From: a virus
Lineage: Duplodnaviria; Caudoviricetes
IMG/VR virus record: IMGVR_UViG_3300009529_000010
Location: 1-55,204 of that record
DNA: 55,204 nt
Reading direction: 5' to 3' (one strand)
The translations under genes and the position numbers were made by a program. Below are positions 10,128 through 18,134 of this stretch, in pieces (positions within the stretch are counted from its first letter, which is position 1; every line of letters begins with the position of its first letter). Under the pieces are notes generated by a model that did not search any database, was not told the DNA's origin, and was given only the letters and a program-made list of their open reading frames with translations.

Positions 10128-10915
10128 CAGTGTTTTCCTCCTTCGACCATCTCCAACTTTTCATAGTAATCCGGGTCTTCGGTAAGGTGGTCCATAGCGA
10201 TCTCCATGGCGACAAAGAAATCATCCGTGTGTTCGGTCTCAACCTGCACACCTTTCGCCAAAGAGTGTGGTTCGAACTGGTCCGGGGATCGCTTGTCAGC
10301 CAGTCCTCCTGGGAGGCGATCCATCCACCTCTTTGCAACTCTTGAAGCGGTCTTGGACGAACCCTCAGACTCGTCAAATTCCTCTTCCATTTGTTCTTCA
10401 GCCCATTCCTGGGGATCTTCACGGATCTCCTCCGCATCCTGAATCAGATCCACAATCTCGGCACGATCCTCGTCGTCCTCTTGGCGGGAAATCGCCGCCC
10501 AGTGGGGTGCGTTCGTCTCATCGTAAAGGGTGTCAGAAAGAGCAGACAAGGCTTCCACAACATTCATGTATTGCTTCCGCATGTCTTGAATCTTCATGAT
10601 GTAGCCTTTGCCACCGAGGTTCCCGTCCGGGGATACCTTGGCTGACTTGATTTTGGCAAAGGTCTGATAAGCCGAAAGGGTGTGCCCTAAAGCTGCTAAG
10701 GTTGCTCGCAGCACCTTCGCCAAAGGCTTCATGTTCTTCGGCGAGTAGTTGAAATCATTGATGATTTTCCGCTCGGAGGGCCCTACGCCACCAAATGCCC
10801 ACGCACTGGCGTCGTTGGACATATCCTTACGGAAGATAACTTCTCCAGCTACCTTCGATCGCCCTTTACGGGCGAGATACGCCTCTGCAACGCGGTTTGG
10901 ATTGGGTCGTGACAC
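10127..10915 (-). CDS. Putative head protein with C-terminal DUF5661-like domain
   Basis: The C-terminus LPGGLAD...LAKGVQVETEHTDD...EIAMDHLTEDPDYYEKL matches the DUF5661 pattern. Carries RVAEAYL and RVAKRWM tags. Confidence 0.75.
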   Translation of the reverse strand: MSRPNPNRVAEAYLARKGRSKVAGEVIFRKDMSNDASAWAFGGVGPSERKIINDFNYSPKNMKPLAKVLRATLAALGHTLSAYQTFAKIKSAKVSPDGNLGGKGYIMKIQDMRKQYMNVVEALSALSDTLYDETNAPHWAAISRQEDDEDRAEIVDLIQDAEEIREDPQEWAEEQMEEEFDESEGSSKTASRVAKRWMDRLPGGLADKRSPDQFEPHSLAKGVQVETEHTDDFFVAMEIAMDHLTEDPDYYEKLEMVEGGKH

Positions 10916-10942
10916 GAAAAGTCCCTTACACCAGGTGTAGCT

Positions 10943-10956
10943 ATAGGAAAAATCTC
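10943..10956 (-). promoter_or_regulatory. Putative late promoter (GAGATTTTTCCTAT)
   Basis: Intergenic copy of the 14-nt motif, about 28 nt upstream of the 10915 start. Confidence 0.4.
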
Positions 10957-10962
10957 AATACT

Positions 10963-11820
10963 TTAGACGGCTGGGACCATTTCCGGAGGCATTCTTTCCC
11001 CCGTAATCCGATCCCATCGCACTTTGAGCCCCTTCCCGGGAACCCACTCCAGGTAATTCTGAGCAACCAGCCACAAGATCCGAGCGACGAGCATGACCGG
11101 GAGCAAGTGAAACCCCACCCCCAGGGATGCCAGCACCGCTCCAATTGCACTCTCAGGAAGGGACCCAAACAGCTCCCCCAAAGAGATCCCACCCGTGAAT
11201 CCAGCTATCAACGATGAAAAGTCCCAAGAGATCTCGGCAACGTTTAACCAGATCCAGATGAAGATCGCCGCCTTGAGCGGACGTGAGAGGTTCGGTAGGT
11301 ACTTCTGGAGGATCCGGTCTAGGGGCTGCACGATGCTATCATTCACCCGAGACAGTGCTTTTTTGAGTGCCGGGCTCGCATCGACAATCCTCTGAAGCAA
11401 GTCGGTAAGCCCTGGGAGCTTGCCCTTGGGCACAAAGTACATCGAGAACGGGAACACGTTTTTGAGCTTGGAAATGACCTTCCCAAGCGCCTTGATCCCC
11501 TCCTTCGCCATTTGCTTGATTTTCCCAGGGAGTTCGGACACATCCTTCACCCCGAGGTGCTTTTTGAGGGTCTCCCAAGCCTTGGGGGCTCGCTTCAAGA
11601 AATCCCAGACCTTCTGAAGCCGCCTCTTGATGTTGCCAAAGAACGCTTCCTTGGCCGAACCTTGCATCAAGAACCCTTCTCCAAAGGCCGTCAAAACCTC
11701 TGGGGTGACATCTCGCAATGAGGCGGTTCGCGTCTGGAACGAATGCCCCGACGCAATTTCGTGAGCCGCTCGTCTTATTTCATAGCGTAAAGCAACTCGA
11801 TATGTAACATCATCATGCAC
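10963..11820 (-). CDS. Putative virion protein with hydrophobic C-terminal helices
   Basis: N-terminal RVALRY tag and RTAS; amphipathic basic middle; hydrophobic, Gly-rich C-terminal third. Confidence 0.7.
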   Translation of the reverse strand: MHDDVTYRVALRYEIRRAAHEIASGHSFQTRTASLRDVTPEVLTAFGEGFLMQGSAKEAFFGNIKRRLQKVWDFLKRAPKAWETLKKHLGVKDVSELPGKIKQMAKEGIKALGKVISKLKNVFPFSMYFVPKGKLPGLTDLLQRIVDASPALKKALSRVNDSIVQPLDRILQKYLPNLSRPLKAAIFIWIWLNVAEISWDFSSLIAGFTGGISLGELFGSLPESAIGAVLASLGVGFHLLPVMLVARILWLVAQNYLEWVPGKGLKVRWDRITGERMPPEMVPAV

Positions 11821-11845
11821 TAAGCGTCCGACTTCAATTTGGCAA

Positions 11846-12406
11846 TCACACCTTCAAAGGCTCACCGGTTTCGGAAAACAGACGGGAGATTACTAGCTCT
11901 CCACTCTCATCCTTCTCCATGGACCACAAATCTTGGGTCGCCTTGTGGATCAAGTCATCCCCGTTGGACGACGATAGGAAATCCGTCAAATCCCCCAAAC
12001 TAGAAACTCGCTTCACGAAGCTCGAAGCCCGCTTTGTGTTCGATGGAGCGCGTCGAAGGTGCTCCCGGTGAGAAGCCATGAATCGACCGTCATCCCACTT
12101 GACGAACACCATGTCACCCTGATGGGTTGCATCTCCATCCGCAGTCCTGGTCATCACAATCGTGCCCTCAGTATGCGGAGCCGGAGGATCTTGGTAGCTC
12201 AATACCGATCCGATATTGGTAATGAAAGCCACGCGCGTACCCGCCTCCAAGGCGTATTCCGGCAATGCTGCGGCTTCACGCCCCTTGTCGGTCAACACCA
12301 TAAGCTCACTCAACTGCTTTGACGACAGGTAGTCATCAAGAGGGGATGCACTCTTGTGCTGTCCCAGAGTGAAGTCATTCCAAAAATCGTCGTCTTCGTG
12401 TGCCAT
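11846..12406 (-). CDS. Hypothetical virion protein (SH3-like core)
   Basis: Intact ORF with likely start MAHEDD; GTRV...GTIV...VFVKWDDG beta pattern; KSAS and KRAS motifs. Confidence 0.65.
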   Translation of the reverse strand: MAHEDDDFWNDFTLGQHKSASPLDDYLSSKQLSELMVLTDKGREAAALPEYALEAGTRVAFITNIGSVLSYQDPPAPHTEGTIVMTRTADGDATHQGDMVFVKWDDGRFMASHREHLRRAPSNTKRASSFVKRVSSLGDLTDFLSSSNGDDLIHKATQDLWSMEKDESGELVISRLFSETGEPLKV

Positions 12407-12408
12407 AC

Positions 12409-12900
12409 TTAGTCCCAAAGATAGTGTTGGTTGAGATGCTTCATCATATTCTGAGTGAGAGTATCAACCTGTTTGACAAGCTTGGCGAACTGGGCATCCC
12501 CCTTGAGATCTGCGCTTCGCTGAGCCGCCTTCAAATCAAAACTGGCATCCGCCAAAGCATTGAATGCTCGCCGAACCGCTTTGGTCTTTTTCTTGTCTGC
12601 ACCCTTCTTCTTCGCCCCAGGGAGGACGTCGATACGTCCGGTAAACTCGGTCTCCAAGAGTCTAAGGACATCCTTGTCTCCCTTAGATGCCTTCTCAAAG
12701 TCCTTTTGAGAGAAGACATGTCTCTCAGGGTCCTTGCCTAACTTCTTGGCGATCTCTCGCATCACCTTGCGAGCCGCCTCCATCTTCGCCTTGGGGGGAG
12801 CTGCTTCCTTGAGAAGCTCTGCAACGAGGGCACGGCGGAACTCAGGGTTCTCCTGAGCCAACTTCAGAGCTACTTTCTTTACAGTCGACATGGTTGACAT
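12409..12900 (-). CDS. Basic putative head-internal protein
   Basis: The N-terminal leader KKVALKLAQENPEFRRAL is shared with 14504-15583; the body is Lys-rich. Confidence 0.7.
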   Translation of the reverse strand: MSTMSTVKKVALKLAQENPEFRRALVAELLKEAAPPKAKMEAARKVMREIAKKLGKDPERHVFSQKDFEKASKGDKDVLRLLETEFTGRIDVLPGAKKKGADKKKTKAVRRAFNALADASFDLKAAQRSADLKGDAQFAKLVKQVDTLTQNMMKHLNQHYLWD

Positions 12901-14502
12901 TCACAAGAGGGGGTTACGCTGAACGACAAACCTAATGGTGGTCGTTTGCAGCGTTGCTGCGGGGAAAGCAATCTCGAACCCCGTCAGGGTTCGGTTACGA
13001 ACAAAGGGGATATCCGTGACCGCTACTGGCTCCAACTCCGACTCCAACAGCACCTGATAGTTCAAGTTAGGTTGCGGAGCGTCAAAGGACACAGCCACGA
13101 AATCAACGTTGGCAAACACCACTTCCCCCTGGAAGAAGTCCTCGCTAACGGTAGGCGCCCCCGCAAAGACAAGTTGATCTCGTGTGCATCTCTCCAAGAT
13201 CAACTGCGATGTTCCTGTGATCGTCACGACCCCAAAAGACGACGACGAGAATCGGAAAGGTACATTCTCAGCCACTCCCATCGTGGTGAAAGAACAATCA
13301 CGTCCCCGAACAGATCCGGCACCCTGCACCAACATCTCAAGGTTAGCCCCTACCACGTTGGTCAAAAACAGCCCCGAGGCCGGGTTCGTAGGCAACTCCG
13401 GGGCGGCGCTGTCATACAAAAACCGCACTCCCTGTGCATCCAAAATGTTTGTCAAACGGAGACGCGCACAGTTGCTTACCAGCACCTCACTGCCAGGCAA
13501 GGACCCCTCAAAAGAGCAGTTTCGAACCTCGATGTTGTTCACCGCAACCGCTTGAACCTGCTTCCCCAGTCCCGAATCCGGAACCAGAGTGCAGTTCTCA
13601 ATCACGAAGCTGTTCGACGCAACGGGGCTATTTGTCGCCGAGTTCATCCCGTTCGTAAAGGTCGGGCCCGAGATCACGATCACCAAAGCAACACTCGTGT
13701 TGAGTGTGATCGCATTACCCGCAACTCCGGGATTTCGGGCTCTCAAAGTCACAATCGGACCAGAAACGGTAGGGAGCACAAGGTTCACGAGACCATTGCC
13801 CGGATTGGCAATCGCCTCCGCTGCGTTCTCCGCAGTCTCATTGACATCCGCACCAATCTCGAATTCAAAGGGCCCCGGTGCCATCCCAGCGGCTACAGCC
13901 GTAAGCGTAGTCCCGTTGATGTCAAAGGAATCTCCGGGGAGGGGTACGCCGGCAAAGGTCAAAGATCCCGATGCGAACTGCGCCGTCAAAAAGTCAACGC
14001 AGGCGTTGACCCCCACCTGCTCTAGCGTGAGGTTGGAGATTCGACCAATCTGCGGCACCGTAAAAAGACCGCGCACAACCCGCACCGTACTTTGTACGGT
14101 TAGGTTGCGGATTCGCACCCCTGTGCGAGATAGTCCCCGAAGCTCGACCCCGTCCTTGACCCAGAGGATGTCCTCCGCATAGAGCCCAGGAGCCACCAGG
14201 ACAAGCCAAGGGTTGTCCACGTCTGCCCCATCGGGCACCGCGTCCAAGCCCCCCTGGATGGTCGTGATAGGGTCTCCGTCCTCATTTTTACTTGCAGCGA
14301 TCCCGGATTGAGAGACCACGATCACGTTCTGAGCCCGCTGAAGCCCCGCCAGCTCCGCCAGGTTCACCCCCAAAGGCACACGAGGGTCCGTAAAACGAAT
14401 CGACCCGTCCAGTAGATCCGCCTCAACGAGGCGCGGGCCTACTGGTGCATCGGCGTTTTCGACTTGAAAAGCGTCGCTACGGAATGGCGGTTGTACAGGC
14501 AT
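12901..14502 (-). CDS. Pectin-lyase-like beta-helix structural protein (spike/fibre-like)
   Basis: TIQGGLDAV...VLVAPGLYAE..L.G beta-helix cap, repeated I.NCT/NCS rungs, an inserted structural module and a C-terminal F..P....Y.V...T.TGF domain. Confidence 0.65.
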   Translation of the reverse strand: MPVQPPFRSDAFQVENADAPVGPRLVEADLLDGSIRFTDPRVPLGVNLAELAGLQRAQNVIVVSQSGIAASKNEDGDPITTIQGGLDAVPDGADVDNPWLVLVAPGLYAEDILWVKDGVELRGLSRTGVRIRNLTVQSTVRVVRGLFTVPQIGRISNLTLEQVGVNACVDFLTAQFASGSLTFAGVPLPGDSFDINGTTLTAVAAGMAPGPFEFEIGADVNETAENAAEAIANPGNGLVNLVLPTVSGPIVTLRARNPGVAGNAITLNTSVALVIVISGPTFTNGMNSATNSPVASNSFVIENCTLVPDSGLGKQVQAVAVNNIEVRNCSFEGSLPGSEVLVSNCARLRLTNILDAQGVRFLYDSAAPELPTNPASGLFLTNVVGANLEMLVQGAGSVRGRDCSFTTMGVAENVPFRFSSSSFGVVTITGTSQLILERCTRDQLVFAGAPTVSEDFFQGEVVFANVDFVAVSFDAPQPNLNYQVLLESELEPVAVTDIPFVRNRTLTGFEIAFPAATLQTTTIRFVVQRNPLL

Positions 14503-14503
14503 A

Positions 14504-15583
14504 TTAGCTCAGGTATCCGATAATTTCGTACCCGTTCCCGACGTCTGTGAAGTCCAAACGAAGGACAGAGTTGGAAATGGACTCAGGAGAAAAAGGGTCT
14601 TCCGGGTTAGAGAAGGCAAGGTCCACGATCACCCTTCCTTGAGGCCCGCGAAAAAGGTGAGGGCTGACTACCTCATCCAGCTCGATATCGAACTTGGACA
14701 AGACTTCTAGGGCCTTGGCGTACCCCCGATCCGGCTTGCGCCAACGGCCACGGCCACCAAACCCTTCACGGACCAGCTCAGCATTGATCTTCTGCCGCAA
14801 GGACGGGATAAGCCGAGCCGAGCCGGTTTTCAAGGAAAACCTCCCGTCAGAACGAGCCTTGACGATCTCTTTGGAGACCTTGTCTGTAAGCACTTTGGCC
14901 ACGTTCAGCAGAGTCCTTTCCGCTCTCTCCGTACGCCCTCCGGGAGGGATATCAATCCAGACTTGGGTTACCTTATCTGTAGCCTTGAAGCTCACACGAC
15001 CCAGTTTACGGATGATGGGGGAGCTTTGAAAGCGTCGCAAGAGATCTTGAAGATCTGAATAGAGCGGTCCCCAATCTTCCCAAGTGGCACCCCGTGGGAG
15101 CATGGGGGACCAAACACTAAAGTATGCGTTGCTTTCTCTTGGGAATGATTGCGTCCCAAACTGGAGGTACATCCCGTGCCCCACATCGCGCGGGAGCGAG
15201 GCCGTAGATGCCCAGTAATCGTGAGTTGTGCCATTCCGAAGGACGGAAGCGGCGATCTTGGCCATCTTCTGGTGGATCTTGTCCCACGCCTCCTCAGACA
15301 TCTCAGAGGCCGTCTTAGAAGCTCGTACCTGCTTGTAAAAGCGCATAAGCTCCGATCCAGGGACCACCTTTGAATGATGACGCCCCCGTTTCTCCAAATA
15401 TACCACCCACATGTCTGTGGTTCCCCGGTGTAGCTCCACGACAATCCAGGTCCCGTGCTCATCCTCAAACTTCATTCCAGGTTTGATCGGAGAACGCATT
15501 GCGGCCAAGAGCGCTTTCCGGAACTCAGGGTTGTCTTGAGCCAATTTGACGGCTGCTTTCTTCAAGTTATTTGCCATGTCCAC
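14504..15583 (-). CDS. Mosaic putative head-internal protein
   Basis: Leader LKKAAVKLAQDNPEFRKAL; modules separated by KTAS and KTGS. Confidence 0.7.
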   Translation of the reverse strand: MDMANNLKKAAVKLAQDNPEFRKALLAAMRSPIKPGMKFEDEHGTWIVVELHRGTTDMWVVYLEKRGRHHSKVVPGSELMRFYKQVRASKTASEMSEEAWDKIHQKMAKIAASVLRNGTTHDYWASTASLPRDVGHGMYLQFGTQSFPRESNAYFSVWSPMLPRGATWEDWGPLYSDLQDLLRRFQSSPIIRKLGRVSFKATDKVTQVWIDIPPGGRTERAERTLLNVAKVLTDKVSKEIVKARSDGRFSLKTGSARLIPSLRQKINAELVREGFGGRGRWRKPDRGYAKALEVLSKFDIELDEVVSPHLFRGPQGRVIVDLAFSNPEDPFSPESISNSVLRLDFTDVGNGYEIIGYLS

Positions 15584-15585
15584 TC

Positions 15586-16038
15586 CTACACAAAAACGTC
15601 GTATTGAACCGGACCCGTGTAGGTCACATTCAACTCAATATCAAAACCTGTTGTTGTCTTATTGATGATGCGATAGTCGATAAAGTCTTCCAGAGTGACG
15701 TACACCCGGTAACTCGTATCCGTAAAGGGCGTCGCAAACACAACCGATTGCCCTGTTTGATCGACAAAGTTCAAAGTCCCATTGATTGTGCTTGTCTGTG
15801 CCACGATGTTCTGAACCTGATTCTTTGCCATCCCGATCGCGTCAAGGACGCTTTGAGGGATCTGTGTACCGCTATCGCAAATGGATCCTGTGGGGCTTTT
15901 GATGTTTCGAACGCCAATCTTTCCATTTTGATTGAGGACAAGCGTAAAGCACCACGACCCCTTACATGGGTCCCCGGATGAGACTTGGTAGGAGAACGTG
16001 CTTTCCTTGAGGATCAAAAGCGAGGGGTGAAGAGCCAT
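15586..16038 (-). CDS. Putative structural protein
   Basis: The C-terminal VVFATPFTDTSYRV...NKTTTGFDI resembles the C-terminal domain of 12901-14502. Confidence 0.65.
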   Translation of the reverse strand: MALHPSLLILKESTFSYQVSSGDPCKGSWCFTLVLNQNGKIGVRNIKSPTGSICDSGTQIPQSVLDAIGMAKNQVQNIVAQTSTINGTLNFVDQTGQSVVFATPFTDTSYRVYVTLEDFIDYRIINKTTTGFDIELNVTYTGPVQYDVFV

Positions 16039-16341
16039 TTACCAAATCCAAGAAGTGTCCATTCCCCGCTTTTCGAAGAACTCTTTGAGAGTCTCCAAAT
16101 TTACGGGATCGGAGGACCAGACGTAAAAACCCCCGAACTCTTCCTTGATGCCAAGATCGTTGATCGGCTTTACGTTAGCGATCTTGGCTTTGCCGTCCCT
16201 GAAAGCTCTCAGGAGGCCAGGGTAGTCCTTCGCATGGGGGTTGAACACGCGAAAGCGGTACTCAGGGCGTGCCTGTTTAAGGAGCCACTTCGTGGCTACC
16301 TCCTTGGTCATCACAACCCGTTTTGAGGAAGCTAATCCCAT
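16039..16341 (-). CDS. Hypothetical virion-block protein
   Basis: 100 aa with N-terminal tag EVATKWLLKQA. Confidence 0.65.
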   Translation of the reverse strand: MGLASSKRVVMTKEVATKWLLKQARPEYRFRVFNPHAKDYPGLLRAFRDGKAKIANVKPINDLGIKEEFGGFYVWSSDPVNLETLKEFFEKRGMDTSWIW

Positions 16342-16353
16342 TCACACACCTTT

Positions 16354-16938
16354 CTACTGATCTGAAGCCTCCTCTTGGCATTCAGAGATAGAAATACGAA
16401 CACCCGGGGCGGAAAACATCCCGTCCGGAATAGAAATCTCATCGGCAATCGGCTTTACGAGCCCCTGGAGGTAAGCTACGGCCCCCAAAACAGCAGTGCC
16501 CTTACGGCAGTCTGCTTGCTTCAAGCGCAGCCCATAGTGCTCCACAGCGCTCAGGGCAACACCACTGAACGCCTCCATGTAAGTTGCGATGACCTCACGG
16601 TCTTGAGGACGCGGGCCCGGGGAAAAAGCCATACAGTCACTCAGATCAATGTCGACCGGAGGGATAACTACGTCCCCACTCGGACGCTTTGAGAGCGTCT
16701 CACTCACCCCTACAGACACCTCCCCAAGGATCTCGCCTGTCACACAGGCGGGGAAGTTCTTGGACCGGATGGCCTCGTTTCGGCCGATCATGGCCCCTAG
16801 CCACACCCCATCTAGAGAGGACCGGGCCAGGAAGATGTAGTCCTCGGGGCTCACAGTCCCCTTTTGCAAGTCGCATCCGGACAACACAAAGGAGGCCAAA
16901 AGTGCCGTAAATGAAGCCTTAATCGGAAAACGAGACAT
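16354..16938 (-). CDS. Putative lipoprotein
   Basis: From ATG 16938 (GAGG RBS): MSRFPIKASFTALLASFVLSG|C, a signal peptide II with lipobox; several additional Cys. Confidence 0.65.
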   Translation of the reverse strand: MSRFPIKASFTALLASFVLSGCDLQKGTVSPEDYIFLARSSLDGVWLGAMIGRNEAIRSKNFPACVTGEILGEVSVGVSETLSKRPSGDVVIPPVDIDLSDCMAFSPGPRPQDREVIATYMEAFSGVALSAVEHYGLRLKQADCRKGTAVLGAVAYLQGLVKPIADEISIPDGMFSAPGVRISISECQEEASDQ

Positions 16939-16962
16939 GGGTCCTCTACCCACGTCCCGGGA

Positions 16963-16976
16963 ATAAAGTAAATAAC
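16963..16976 (-). promoter_or_regulatory. Putative late promoter (GTTATTTACTTTAT)
   Basis: Copy of the 14-nt motif at the boundary between the replication block and the virion block, about 25 nt upstream of ATG 16938. Confidence 0.45.
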
Positions 16977-16982
16977 GTGCGG

Positions 16983-17594
16983 TCAGTCGATCACGAAAGA
17001 GACCTTTGCGTCCCAAGACGGGCGCTGGACTTCCCTCCGAATGTTCAGTTTCCCCTCAATGGCTTGGAAGATCTGGGTGTACTTCTCCATCTTAGGGTTC
17101 TCAGACATCCTTTTAATCGACCGCTTGAAACGGTGCCGGACCTTCCCCTGAGTCATACTGAGCTGTTTGGCCACATCCGACTGACAGGTGGTCTCAAACA
17201 TCAGCACCATGATCCTCACATCTTGGGGGTCATCCAAGAACCCCGCCATCGCCTCTTCGATCTCTTCCTTTGAAACATCCGGAAGGGAGAGGTTGAACTT
17301 GATACGCTTCGTAGCCCGTTGGAGGCGATAATGGACCGTAGGTTGGCTGACCTTGAAAATCTGGGCAATGCTGGTCTGAGTCATGTGCCTAAAGAAGTAC
17401 AGCTCAAAAAAGTCCGCTTCCATGTCTGGAAGATCCTCCATAAGCTCATGGACCCGATCTAGCTGAGCCTGTGATTCTTCTGTAGGTTCCTCAGATAAGA
17501 TCGACTCGATGAACAGCATCGAGTCGTCGGTGCTGAATCGAGCCTCAAGCTCTGAGGGATCGATGCTTCTAATGTCACTCCACGATGAGCCCAT
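16983..17594 (-). CDS. Sigma-70 region-4-like protein with two tandem HTH domains
   Basis: LPDMEADFFELYFFRHMTQTSIAQIFKVSQPTVHYRLQRA and a second copy, DVRIMVLMFETTCQSDVAKQLSMTQGKVRHRFKRS. No region 2 is evident. Confidence 0.75.
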   Translation of the reverse strand: MGSSWSDIRSIDPSELEARFSTDDSMLFIESILSEEPTEESQAQLDRVHELMEDLPDMEADFFELYFFRHMTQTSIAQIFKVSQPTVHYRLQRATKRIKFNLSLPDVSKEEIEEAMAGFLDDPQDVRIMVLMFETTCQSDVAKQLSMTQGKVRHRFKRSIKRMSENPKMEKYTQIFQAIEGKLNIRREVQRPSWDAKVSFVID

Positions 17595-17603
17595 AGTTCT
17601 ACC

Positions 17604-18134
17604 TCATATCGTTTCCAAAAACACCTTGGGTGTCTTGAAAATAAGTTTCAGCGAACGCAGCTCAACGTAAACAATGGCGTACTCGCCATCTAGATCCTCA
17701 ACAACACCCTCTAACTTAGCATAGTCCCCTTCAGTAATCAAGACATTCATCCCCGGAACGATATCATTCGCCACTTCTTCCGAAAGCTGGCGCCTCATAC
17801 CATTGATTTCCTCATCAGGAATGGCGGAGAGCACCCGCATACCACGGGCACTTTCCTGGGTCATCACCTTTTCAATGTATTTCGTACCCTCTAAGCGGAA
17901 GAACACAACCTCGTCCAGCCCAGTGGCCACAAACACGTAACCCTCCATCAGGTGGATGGTTACTCTTTTTCCGCGCTTTTCGTAGATCTTTGAAGGGATG
18001 AACACGGGCCAATGGTCATCAACCCCCAGCATCTTGCGAATCTCACCCGCAATGTCCCCATCCTCGACAAGCTTCTCACCTTGTCGAGTTAGCTCAAGAG
18101 CTACCCATGTCGTTCCATCGCGTCGATCGGCCAC
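17604..18134 (-). CDS. nusG: NusG/RfaH-family transcription antitermination factor
   Basis: NGN domain (WVAL...VFIP...LMEGYVFV) plus KOW (PGMNVLITEGDYAKLEGVV). Confidence 0.8.
   Translation of the reverse strand: MADRRDGTTWVALELTRQGEKLVEDGDIAGEIRKMLGVDDHWPVFIPSKIYEKRGKRVTIHLMEGYVFVATGLDEVVFFRLEGTKYIEKVMTQESARGMRVLSAIPDEEINGMRRQLSEEVANDIVPGMNVLITEGDYAKLEGVVEDLDGEYAIVYVELRSLKLIFKTPKVFLETI

Noticed and set aside
12946-14025. 359-aa plus-strand ORF
   Set aside because: Antisense to the beta-helix gene; atypical His/Arg-rich composition.
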